64,000 nt of DNA from Leptonemataceae bacterium (GTDB lineage Bacteria > Spirochaetota > Leptospiria > Leptospirales > Leptonemataceae). Shown one piece after another: positions 30,174 to 40,065 of this stretch (the first letter of the stretch is position 1; every line of letters begins with the position of its first letter). Made by a program: the position numbers and the translations under genes. Below the pieces are notes generated by a model. It saw only the letters and a list, made by a program, of their open reading frames with translations, was not told where the DNA came from and searched no databases. Location of the stretch: NCBI GenBank assembly GCA_965227295.1, contig OZ245742.1, positions 1 through 64,000 of the forward strand, written 5' to 3'.

Positions 30174-31328
30174 TGTACTAGCCAACACCCGATCTGACAC
30201 TCCTGCCTGTCAGATATGATCAGGTCGATACCTGATGCTGTTTATGCAGCATCTTTTCACGCGCCACGGCGATGGATTCAGCGAACGTTTGCGCCGGCGT
30301 CTTGCCGAAGCAGTACTTGCCGCTGTGCGTCCGTTCCTGGTTATACTCGAGCATCCATTCATCCAGATCGGCTTGCAGCTCCTCGATGCTTGAGTAAAGT
30401 TTCTTGCGAAACGCGACGGCGTAGAATTCTTCCTGAATCGTCTTGTGAAAGCGTTCGCAGACGCCGTTCGTTTGCGGATGCCGCGCTTTGGTTTTGGTGT
30501 GATCGATGTCCTCCATCGCGAGGTACAACTCGTACTCGTGATTCTCCGGCTTGCCGCAGTACTCCGTGCCGCGATCGGTGAGCACGCGCAGCAGCGGGAT
30601 GTTGTAGTCCGCGTAGAACGGCAACACACGATCGTTCAGCAAGTCGGCCGCCGTCAGTGCGTTCTTGCGATCGTAAAGTTTTGCAAAGCCGACCTTAGCG
30701 TACGTGTCGATGAAGGTCTGCTGGTAGATCCGCCCCACGCCCTTGATATTGCCCACGTAATACGTGTCCTGCGAGCCCAGATAGCCGGGGTGGTGCGATT
30801 CGACCTCGCCGTGCGCTTCTTTGTCCTGGCGGCCTTTCTCAAGCGCCGCGACCTGTGCCTCGGTGAGAATGATCCCCTCTTGCGCGACGCGGGCTTCCAG
30901 GGCCTTCAGACGCTTCTTGAACGTCTCCATGTCGTGCCGCAACCAGACCTGACGCACGCCGCCCGGTGAGATCGAAACGCCGCGCTTGCGCAGCTCATTC
31001 GACACGCGCAATTGACCGTGCGCCGGCTTCTCGAACGTGAACTCGATCACCGCGTCTTCCACATCCGCCGGAATCCGGTTCTTCTTGTTCGGCTTGCGCC
31101 GCGTGAGATCCTTCAGGGCCTCTTCGCCTCCGGTCTCGTACAACCGCTGATACCGGTAGAACGTATCGCGTGATACGCCCATCACCCGGCAAGCTTCTGC
31201 AACGTTATTCAGAGTACGGGCCAGCCTCAAGATGCCCACCCGGTGCTTTACGATTTTTTGTTCTGCTGTCATCTCTTTCCTCCGATACAAATTATATCGG
31301 AGTGTCAGATGGAATCTTGACTATTTCA
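30174..31328 (-). mobile_element. IS481-family insertion sequence
   Basis: Imperfect 28-bp TIRs tgtactagccaacacccgatctgacact / agtgtcagatggaatcttgactatttca; 7-bp duplication gcttaag confirmed against the empty site near 21216. Confidence 0.92.
30220..31290 (-). CDS. IS481-family transposase
   Basis: HTH, GYLGSQDTYYVG, LTDRGTEY, PQTNG.CERFH. Confidence 0.92.
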   Translation of the reverse strand: MYRRKEMTAEQKIVKHRVGILRLARTLNNVAEACRVMGVSRDTFYRYQRLYETGGEEALKDLTRRKPNKKNRIPADVEDAVIEFTFEKPAHGQLRVSNELRKRGVSISPGGVRQVWLRHDMETFKKRLKALEARVAQEGIILTEAQVAALEKGRQDKEAHGEVESHHPGYLGSQDTYYVGNIKGVGRIYQQTFIDTYAKVGFAKLYDRKNALTAADLLNDRVLPFYADYNIPLLRVLTDRGTEYCGKPENHEYELYLAMEDIDHTKTKARHPQTNGVCERFHKTIQEEFYAVAFRKKLYSSIEELQADLDEWMLEYNQERTHSGKYCFGKTPAQTFAESIAVAREKMLHKQHQVST

Positions 31329-31570
31329 GCTTAAGCGACGCCATGCGCGACGAACTCGTAACCCGGTTCGAAAACGCTTCGCAGCACATCCGCAATCTCA
31401 TCGCGGAGGATCTGCGTAAACGCAAACCGCTCGTGGACATCTGGAACCAACCCCGCGAAAAAGTCCCGTGCAATGACGGCTGGAAAAAACTCTGACCATG
31501 CCGCGCGTGCAAGCGAAGACCCGGTGGGTTTTCGCTTGCACGCGCTTCTGACGCCCGGCTTTTTCGCGGC

Positions 31571-32068
31571 ATGGCCAAAGACGAACTGCTGAAACTCCGC
31601 GTATCTTCCGAACTCCTCGAATCTCTAAAAGACCGCACGGATAACATGTCCGGCTATCTGCGCGCGCTCATCCGCGCCGATCTCAACGAAAACCCGCAAC
31701 TGCGCGATGTTCCGCGCACGCCGTACTTCTATTACGCCACATTAAAAGAGGTCATCGACGGCGACACGCTCCGCCTGGATCTCGACGCGGGTTTTGAAAT
31801 TACACTGACGGCCATCGTACGGCTGGCGGGGGTGAACTCGCCCGAGATTTCGACGCGAAAAGGGAAGCGGGTGCAACAGTACATCCAGAAGAAGTTAGCG
31901 CGGTCGTCTTTGATTGTGGAGACGCAAAAGCGGGAGAAGTACGGCCGGTATCTCGCTTACGTTTACTATCATCGCAAATACACGGATTTTCAGGGAATTC
32001 TCGAATTCGGCTCGCAGTTAAATCAGGAACTTGTCGACGGCGGATTGGCGGTGCGGTACGATCTATAA
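31571..32068 (+). CDS. Thermonuclease with RHH-like N-terminus (identical to 20484-20981)
   Basis: Identical translation. Confidence 0.85.
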   Translation: MAKDELLKLRVSSELLESLKDRTDNMSGYLRALIRADLNENPQLRDVPRTPYFYYATLKEVIDGDTLRLDLDAGFEITLTAIVRLAGVNSPEISTRKGKRVQQYIQKKLARSSLIVETQKREKYGRYLAYVYYHRKYTDFQGILEFGSQLNQELVDGGLAVRYDL

Positions 32069-32094
32069 TGTACTCTCAGATGATGTTTGTCCTC

Positions 32095-32244
32095 GTGATC
32101 GTCTTCCGTGATCGTCTTCCGTGATCGTCTTCCGTGATCGTCTTCCGTGATCGTCTTCCGTGATCGTCTTCCGTGATCGTCTTCCGTGATCGTCTTCCGT
32201 GATCGTCTTCCGTGATCGTCTTCCGTGATCGTCTTCCGTGATCG
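32095..32244 (+). repeat. 11x 13-bp repeat GTGATCGTCTTCC
   Basis: Counted directly. Confidence 0.97.
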
Positions 32245-32345
32245 CGGGTTAGTCTCTCTTTATCTCAAGCTTGTACCGTTTCCTGATTCGGCCGTCCGTG
32301 GTTCTCTTGCCGCTGATGATGTTCTTTGTCTCTCTTTCGTTCTTG

Positions 32346-34329
32346 GTCGCGGTAGAACGGCCGGTTGCCCGGCCGCCCCCGCACAGATCCCGGCGTGCGG
32401 TATTCTCGCACCGGGCTCTTCGAAAGCACTCGCTTCCACATAAAGTCAATTCAGAGTAAGTCGCAACTGAGATACTGGTCGTTCCATGATGCGCGGTTTT
32501 TCGATCCGGTAGTGCGCCATCAGATCCCTCAGCCCCTGCCAGTCCAGACTCCGGCGCTGACTGCGCCGATTGAGCCACTTGTACAGATTCATTTCCACCT
32601 GATAGTAGAAGCTTCGTATACTCTTGTAGTTGCATTGGACGCCATAATAGTTATAGTATCCACGCAGCCGGGAGTTCAGAAGATTGAAGAACCTGCGCAT
32701 GGGTAGATGCCGATTCGCTTTAATCCACTGCTTCACATTCTGGATCGACGCATGCAATCGCTTTGGAGCGGTGCGACGCGGAACCCACCAGAACCCCTTT
32801 CGAGAACGAGCCCAGCGGTATTCAAAGCCTAGAAATACGAACGCCTCACGCCCGGTATTGAACTTCGCGCGGAAGCCCGGGCGCTCGAAACTTTTCACTC
32901 CTGACTTTTCCGGCGCCAGTTCCAGACCAAACTTTCGCAAACGTTTTCCAAGCGTCGCATAGAATTTCAGCGCATCGTCTTTGGATTCAAAGGCGCAAAC
33001 AAAATCGTCCGCGTATCGACACATATAGGCCGGTCTCTTGCAGTGCTTCTTCACCACTTTCTCGAACCAGAGGTCCAGTACGTAATGAAGATAGACGTTC
33101 GCCAGAACCGGACTGATCACGCCGCCTTGAGGAGTCCCAGCGGTCGGGCGCGAGACCTGACCGTTTACCTCCAGCACGCCTGCTTTCAGCCACTTGCGAA
33201 TCAGACCGAGAAAGGCCCGATCATCGATTCGTTGCTCCAGCATTCGCATCAACCAATCATGGTCAATGTTGTCGAAGAAACCCTTGATGTCGGCTTCCAC
33301 AATCCAGCCGAGCTTCCCCGGACTCAAAGTTGAACTCAGAGTCTTCGAAGCCTCACGCGGACCGGTGTTCGGCCGATAACCATACGAACACGACAGGAAG
33401 TCTTGCTCATAGATCGCTTCAAGGATACGCGTCGCGCATGTTTGTACCAGTTTGTCTTCGAGGGCCGGCAATCCAAGCGGACGTTGTTTTCCGTCCGCTT
33501 TCGGGATAAAGACCCTGCGAATCAGTTTTGTTCGGTATCGTTTCTGTTTTAAGCGTTCCACCAGATCCCCGACATTTTCCGTAAGGTTCGCTTCGTAGTC
33601 GCGAAACGTTTCACGGTCCACGCCCGGAGCCGCCCGGCGATTCATTCCTGCGAACGAATCTTCGAGATTCATCTGGTTGAGCATCCCATACAGATTACGA
33701 AACAGATGTTTCTTACTCCTCCTCGCTTTATTTGCTATTGCCCGTAGTGAGGTTTGCATCAGTTGTTCCGATCCTGCCGTCCGGCTGATGTTGACTCTGC
33801 GAGCTGCGTACTTTCGTCAGCCCCTTCCCCGATCATCGCGCATCGCACGCGAAGACCGAACCCGTCGAAACTCCATTCGAGTTTCATTCGATTCTGTGGA
33901 CGGCTCTCCCGCCCTCTGAGTACTATGGGCTGATCCGACTCCCCGTTGATCATCATTCTTCCTTGTTCATTCGGTCAGAATTACCTTCGCTATCGTCGAA
34001 GGAACCAACGGGGTCTCCCGGGTTCCACGATGTTTCTCTGCATACATGCCGCGCTCAAGCGACCCCGACAGACCTCCAGAATCTCGCTAAAACGATTCCT
34101 TTGTGCTGGTTTCCATCTGACCAATGATGTCACCGTCTGCATCTATGGCATTTTACGAGGCTCAACAGCTTCCGGGAGTGTGGACTCCCCTACGGCCTGC
34201 ATGCTTCCCTGTGTACGCTTCGTGTGGCGGTTACCCGCTTCCACGCAACACTCGGTAGAAGTTGTTCGCTAAACTTTACTTCATATGGACTTTCACCTTA
34301 TCAGAAACATCGGGCTTTGCCCGGCGCAC
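32346..34329 (-). mobile_element. Group II intron 1 (no endonuclease domain)
   Basis: Minus strand starts GTGCG and ends in D5 (AGC triad)/D6 ...cgAC; flanks rejoin to ttcttg|tggccaca as in the other modules. Confidence 0.93.
32446..33759 (-). CDS. ltrA: Group II intron reverse transcriptase/maturase
   Basis: PGVD, IPK..RPLG, GTPQGGVISP, RYADDF, FLGF, domain X GYYNYY. Confidence 0.93.
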   Translation of the reverse strand: MQTSLRAIANKARRSKKHLFRNLYGMLNQMNLEDSFAGMNRRAAPGVDRETFRDYEANLTENVGDLVERLKQKRYRTKLIRRVFIPKADGKQRPLGLPALEDKLVQTCATRILEAIYEQDFLSCSYGYRPNTGPREASKTLSSTLSPGKLGWIVEADIKGFFDNIDHDWLMRMLEQRIDDRAFLGLIRKWLKAGVLEVNGQVSRPTAGTPQGGVISPVLANVYLHYVLDLWFEKVVKKHCKRPAYMCRYADDFVCAFESKDDALKFYATLGKRLRKFGLELAPEKSGVKSFERPGFRAKFNTGREAFVFLGFEYRWARSRKGFWWVPRRTAPKRLHASIQNVKQWIKANRHLPMRRFFNLLNSRLRGYYNYYGVQCNYKSIRSFYYQVEMNLYKWLNRRSQRRSLDWQGLRDLMAHYRIEKPRIMERPVSQLRLTLN

Positions 34330-34458
34330 TGGCCACACGCCCCACGCATTTGTGGCCACAAATCTCCACCGAGCCTTTTTGTGAATTTCTGCTGGACAGC
34401 TTCACTGTACGGCATCGACCCTCGTTTCATGTCCGCAGCCGCTCGAAATTCCGCGCAT

Positions 34459-35704
34459 ATCTCCGGTCTCGAATCCACACATAGCCGCCAGCCCGCGCGC
34501 GGCGGGCGCCGGTCCGCCGCGCGCGGGCTGGCGGCGACTGCTCCGCAACAATCGCAGCGGGGCGGCGAAATCGCGCGCGTTCTCGGGAGCCCCGCCCGTG
34601 AGACTCACGGCCGCGCCCAAACAACGCCCCCCAGGCGAGCGCCCGCTGCGAAAACAAGATTCAATGCGCGATTTCCACAGCTGAATCTGTTCCATTATAC
34701 GGCGCTCGCGCAGGATGTACTCGCGCGCACCTATCCGAGGTTCTGTTCGCACTGCGAAACGGAAATGCGCACGCCCGTGGCCGGGCGCGAGACCGCGGTG
34801 CGTTGCGCAACCTGTCATCACATGGGCTCGCGCACGGCGGGCACACCCTTGGACCACTTAAAGTTACCTCTTTGGACGTTTAGCTACGTCCTCGGCGAGG
34901 CCGTACAGACGTTCCCGCAGATGATCTCCGCGGCGCAGATTCAAAGACGGCTCGGGTGTTCGAAACAGGCTTCGCTCAATCTCAAACGGCGGTTGCAGTT
35001 GTTCCTCACGGACCTCGTGCCCGCCGTTCGCGAACTGGTGAAGCGCGACCTTGAAGATGCGTTTTCGGACCTGAAATTGCCTGAGAATCAGGACGTTTCG
35101 AAGTTCGTCGCGAACAAGCCCGTAGTCCACAGTGACACCCTCGCCTTATTCTCGGCAACGCAACGTTCGAACGGCGGTCGTGCGAGATGGAAGCACACCG
35201 GACAAACTGCGAGCATTTATCTCTCGGATAAGGTCGCGGAGCAACGCGGCAAGGTTCAGATCGGAACGCTCGCACATACCGTTGCGATTAAGAACGGACC
35301 GGTGTTACTCACGTCCGTTCGCGATCAAACGCAGAAGAGTCTGGAGCCGGCTTTTAACTTCCTACCCCGCAACACTGCGATAATGACAGACGAAGGCACG
35401 CCGTGGCTTTCGCGTTACTTCCCGAATCATCGCGCCGTGAATCACTCAGCGCGTGCGAAAGACAAACAGCGCAGCAAGTGGGCGCGGGATCGCTGGAGTC
35501 GCAACGGCGTGCACAACCAGGTCGCCGAAGGCAACCAGCGCATCGTTAAGATGTCTTTCCTGGCAGCTTACGGATACTTCGACCCGAAGCATTCGCAGTT
35601 GTATCTCAACGAATACTCCGCACTCAAGGCACTGAAGATCCACGGCCTCGATAGCCTGCTTTCTTTATCAAATGCGGCCGATGTGCGGAATGTAGACCAC
35701 AGAT
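34459..35704 (+). mobile_element. IS1595-like unit 3 (type B; appears identical to unit 2)
   Basis: Same ends and translation; stop at 35710-35712 in the spacer. Confidence 0.8.
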
Positions 35705-35712
35705 TGTTCTAG

Positions 35713-36967
35713 ATCTCCGGTCTCGAATCCGCACAGGCCCGCGAGCGCGCGCACCGAGGTTCTGTAACCTCGGCGCGCGCGCTCGCGGGGCGGGCCGTGT
35801 CAGACTCGCAGCGGTGCGGCGAAATCGCGCGCGTTCTCGGCGGCCCCGCCCGTGAGACTCACGGCCGCGCCCAAAAAACGCCCCCCGCTGGCCGCAAAAG
35901 AAAGGGACCGGCCAAGGACCTCCGGTCCTCGCGATTCCCGCATGTTAACGTTCCGTACTTAACGGAATTTACGCAGGACGTCCTTGCGCGGGCGTATCCG
36001 AAATTCTGTCCGCACTGCGAAACGCAAATGCAAACGCCCGTGGCCGGGCGCGAGACGGCCGTACGCTGCGGCGAGTGTCATTTCATGGGCTCGCGCACGG
36101 CGGGCACGCCTCTTGACCATTTCAAGTTGCCGCTGTGGACCTTCGGCTATCTTCTCGGCGAATCGGTCCAGTTGTTCCCGCTCATGATCTCCGCCGCACA
36201 GATTCGCCGGCGGCTCGGTGTATCTAAGAGCACATCGCTGTTACTTAAGCGGCGCCTGCAATTGTTCCTCACGGATCTGCTTCCGGCCGTCCGCGAGATG
36301 ATGCGCCGCGATCTGGAAACTTCCTGGAATTGCGAGAAATTGCCTGAAAATGGCGACGTTTCAGAAGTCGTTGCGAACAAGCCCGTGGTGCATTCGGACA
36401 CGCTCGCGTTGTTCTCTGCCACGCAACGAAGCAACGGTGGCCGCGCTCGTTGGAAGCACACGGGGCAGACTGCGAGCATCTATCTTTCGGACAAGGTCGC
36501 GGAAGAGCGTGGCAAGCTTCAAATCGGAACGCTTGCGCACACTGTTGCGCTAAAGAACGGGCCGGTGTTGTTTACGTCCGTGCGTGATCAGACGCAGAAG
36601 AGTTTGCAACAATCGTTCGACTTCGTTCCGAAGAACTCAGTGATCATGACGGATGATGGCACACCGTGGTTGTCGCGCTACTTTCGGAATCACCGTGCAA
36701 TCAACCACAGTGCGCGAGCGAAAGACGGCAAGCGGTGTAAGTGGGCGCGTGATCGGTGGTGCAAGGACGGCGTGCACAACCAGGTCGCCGAAGGAAACCA
36801 GCGCATCCTTAAGATGTCTTTTCTGGCAGCTTATGGTTACTTCACGCCGGAGTACTCGCAGTTGTATCTCAACGAATACGCCGGACTGAAAGCGCTCAAG
36901 GTTCACGGTCTCGATGAACTCATTTCACCCGCGAATCGGCCAGTTGTGGGGATTGTAGACCCCAGAT
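35713..36967 (+). mobile_element. IS1595-like unit 4 (type A; most diverged, 1255 bp)
   Basis: ORF 35797-36975, same motifs with many substitutions, 9 bp longer so frame is kept. Confidence 0.8.
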
Positions 36968-36975
36968 TGTTCTAG

Positions 36976-38220
36976 ATCTCCGGTCTACAATCCACACATA
37001 GCCGCCAGCCCGCGCGCGGCGGGCGCCGGTCCGCCGCGCGCGGGCTGGCGGCGACTGCTCCGCAACAATCGCAGGGGGGCGGCGAAATCGCGCGCGTTCT
37101 CGGCAGCCCCGCCCGTGAGACTCACGGCCGCGCCCAAAAAACGCCCCCCCGCCAGGACCCCGCTGCGAAAACTAAATTCAATGCGCGATTTCCTCAGCTA
37201 AACTTAGGCTACTATACCGGGCTCGCGCAGGATGTTCTGGCGCGGACGTATCCGAAGTTCTGCCCGCATTGCGAAACCGAGATGCGCACGCCGGTGGCCG
37301 GGCGCGAGACCGCGGTACGCTGCGAAACCTGTCACTACATGGGCTCGCGCACGGCGGGAACGCCGCTGGATCACTTAAAGTTACCTCTGTGGACATTTGC
37401 GTATATCCTCGGCGAGGCCGTGCAAACATTTCCGCAGATGATCTCGGCCGCGCAGATTAAGCGGCGGCTCGGTTGCTCGAAACAGGCGTCGTTGAACCTC
37501 AAGCGGCGGTTGCAGTTGTTCCTCACGGACCTGCTGCCGGCCGTGCGGGAACTCGTGAAGCACGAACTCGAAGATGCGTTTTCGGAACTGAAATTGCCTG
37601 AAAATCAGGACATTTCGAAGATCGTCGCGAATAAGCCCGTGGTGCACAGCGATACGCTCGCGTTGTTCTCCGCGACGCAGCGCAGTAACGGCGGTCGTGC
37701 AAGATGGAAGCACACGGGACAAACCGCATCGATCTATCTTTCGGACAAAGTCGCGGAGCAGCGGGGCAAGGTTCAGATCGGAACGCTTGCGCATACCGTC
37801 GCGCTTAAGAACGGGCCGGTGTTACTTACGTCCGTTCGCGACCAAACACAGAAAAGTCTAAGCCGTCTTTTAACTTCATGCCGCGCTACACTGCGATTAT
37901 GACGGACGAAGGCACGCCGTGGCTCTCGCGCTACTTTCCGAACCACCGCGCGGTAAATCACAGCGCGCGGGCGAAAGACAAACAACGCAGCAAGTGGGCG
38001 CGGGATCGCTGGTGTAAGAACGGCGTGCACAATCAGGTCGCCGAAGGAAATCAGCGGATCGTTAAGATGAGTTTTCTCGCAGCTTACGGCTACTTTGACC
38101 CGAGGCACTCGCAGTTGTATCTCAACGAATACTCGACGCTCAAAGCACTGAAGATTCACGGCCTTGATTCTTTAGTTTCTTTAGCAAATGCGTCTGGTGT
38201 GCGGAATGTAGACCACAGAT
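36976..38220 (+). mobile_element. IS1595-like unit 5 (type B; 1-bp deletion frameshift near 37860)
   Basis: 1245 bp; split ORFs 37282-37902 and 37878-38228. Confidence 0.8.
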
Positions 38221-38228
38221 TGTACTAG

Positions 38229-39627
38229 CAGGCTGCTGAAAAAGTCGAAATTTCCTGGCGATTTCGCGGTGCCTGTTCAAATTCTGTCGCATGCGCGGCG
38301 AAGAGGAAAAGCAACCGAGTATCTGGAGTCACGTTTCGATGGAGGACCGGATTCCGGCAAACCATCCGTTGCGTGACATTCGCAAGCTGACGGATGCGGT
38401 CCTCGCGAAACTGAGCGATCGATTCGATGAAATGTATCCGGCCTTCGGTCGCCCATCGATTCCGCCAGAGTATTTGTTGCGCGCGCTTTTGCTGCAAGTG
38501 CTGTTCAGTGTACGCAGCGAACGTCAGTTGATGGAGCAAACGAACTACAATCTGCTCTATCGCTGGTTCATCGGGTTGAGCGCCGACGATCCCGTCTGGG
38601 ATGCGAGCGTCTTTTCAAAGAATCGTGATCGTCTGATGGAAGGCGGTATCGCCGACGAATTCTTTCGTGGCGTGCTGGAAGTGGCGGATGATCGCGGGCT
38701 GATCAGCGAAGAACATTTCACCGTGGATGCCACGTTGCTGGAGGCTGCGGCGAGCCTGAAGAGCTTCCAGAAAAAAGACGGTCGGCAATCCCCCTCGGAT
38801 GATGATCCGGGCAATCCGTTCGTGAGCTTTCACGGCGAAAAGCGCCGCAACGATACACATGAATCCACGACCGATCCAGATGCGAAGCTATTCCGCAAAG
38901 GCAACGGCAAAGAGGCCCGGCTGGTTTACATAGGGCATGTCCTTATGGAAAACCGTAACTGCCTCGCTGTGATGGCCGGCGTGACTCGCGCAACCGGAAC
39001 GGCGGAACGCGATGCGGCAGCCATCTTCATGAAGGAACTACGCCGAAGCAATCATCGGCCCCGCGTAACTCTGGGCGCCGACAAAGGCTACGATGCTAAA
39101 GCATTCGTAGAAGAACTTAAAGCGATCCGAATCGTGCCGCATATCGCGCAGAAGAGCCGGTCCAGTGCCGTCGATTATCGAACGGCCCGCAGCCCCGCCT
39201 ATGCCGTAAGTCAACGTCGACGCAAAGCCGTCGAAGAAATTTTCGGCTGGCTGAAGTCGGTCGGCCTGTGCAGGAAGATGCGCTTCCGCGGCCCGGATCG
39301 CGTTGGGTGGATCTTCCGCTTCGCTGTTGCCGTCTACAACTTGCTGCGAATCAGAAACCTGGAAGAGGGTACCGCATGATCGCAAATGCTAACTTGCGCA
39401 ATACAAGCGTTAGGGATGCGCAGGGGGCCGCGCAGCGGCAGTCCGGAGCGCGAAGCGCGGAGGACCGAAGCGAACGCAGAGCCCGGAGCAGCCCGGCGCC
39501 CGGCCGGCTTCAGAGGGGAAGGAGCGAACAGCGGCCCCGTCCAGCGGGGCCTTGTTGGCGCCGGCCGGGCGCAACGCCCAAATGAATTTCACAGATTCCG
39601 CTTTCGAATGACTTTTTCAGCAGCCTG
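38229..39627 (+). mobile_element. IS5-family insertion sequence in the unit 5/6 spacer
   Basis: 18-bp TIRs caggctgctgaaaaagtc; CTAG duplication at 38225-38228 and 39628-39631. Confidence 0.93.
38291..39379 (+). CDS. IS5-family transposase
   Basis: GRPSIPPE, HFTVDATL, TTDPDA, GADKGYD, R..VEE.FGW.K. Confidence 0.93.
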   Translation: MRGEEEKQPSIWSHVSMEDRIPANHPLRDIRKLTDAVLAKLSDRFDEMYPAFGRPSIPPEYLLRALLLQVLFSVRSERQLMEQTNYNLLYRWFIGLSADDPVWDASVFSKNRDRLMEGGIADEFFRGVLEVADDRGLISEEHFTVDATLLEAAASLKSFQKKDGRQSPSDDDPGNPFVSFHGEKRRNDTHESTTDPDAKLFRKGNGKEARLVYIGHVLMENRNCLAVMAGVTRATGTAERDAAAIFMKELRRSNHRPRVTLGADKGYDAKAFVEELKAIRIVPHIAQKSRSSAVDYRTARSPAYAVSQRRRKAVEEIFGWLKSVGLCRKMRFRGPDRVGWIFRFAVAVYNLLRIRNLEEGTA

Positions 39628-39631
39628 CTAG

Positions 39632-40062
39632 ATCTCCGGTCTCGAATCCGCACAGGCCCGCGAGCGCGCGCACCGAGGTTCTGTAACCTCGGCGCGCGCG
39701 CTCGCGGCAGGGGCCGTGTCAGACTCGCAGCGGGGCGGCGAAATCGCGCGCGTTCTCGGCGACCCCGCCCTTGAAAATCACGGCCGCGGCCCTCTTTCGC
39801 CCCCCTGCAACACACCCCCGGCCAAACTGCGATTCAATGCGCGATTTCCTCAGCTGAATTTGTTCTATTATAACGCGCTCGCGCAGGATGTTCTCGCGCG
39901 GGCGTATCCGAAGTTCTGTCCGCACTGTGAAACGGAGATGCGCACGCCGGTGGCCGGGCGCGAGACCGCGGTGCGGTGTGGTGAGTGTCACTTCATGGCG
40001 TCGCGCACGGCGGGCACGCCGCTGGATCACTTAAAGTTACCTCTGTGGACGTTTGCGTATGT
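39632..40062 (+). pseudogene. IS1595-like unit 6 (type A), 3'-truncated
   Basis: Homology stops at LWTFAY and does not resume after the intron. Confidence 0.8.
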
Positions 40063-40065
40063 TGT

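Larger units (their letters stand above)
30127..31495 (+). pseudogene. Small RHH-like gene disrupted by IS481
   Basis: Halves at 30127-30173 and 31329-31495 rejoin to match 21057-21263. Confidence 0.8.
29553..34675 (+). repeat. Right arm of long inverted repeat (module copy 3), interrupted by IS481 and a group II intron
   Basis: Identical 158-aa and 165-aa translations to the left arm. Confidence 0.92.

Noticed and set aside
39388-39414. Integron attC site (gctaac...gttag)
   Set aside because: Too short, lies inside IS5, and no integron integrase or cassette array is present
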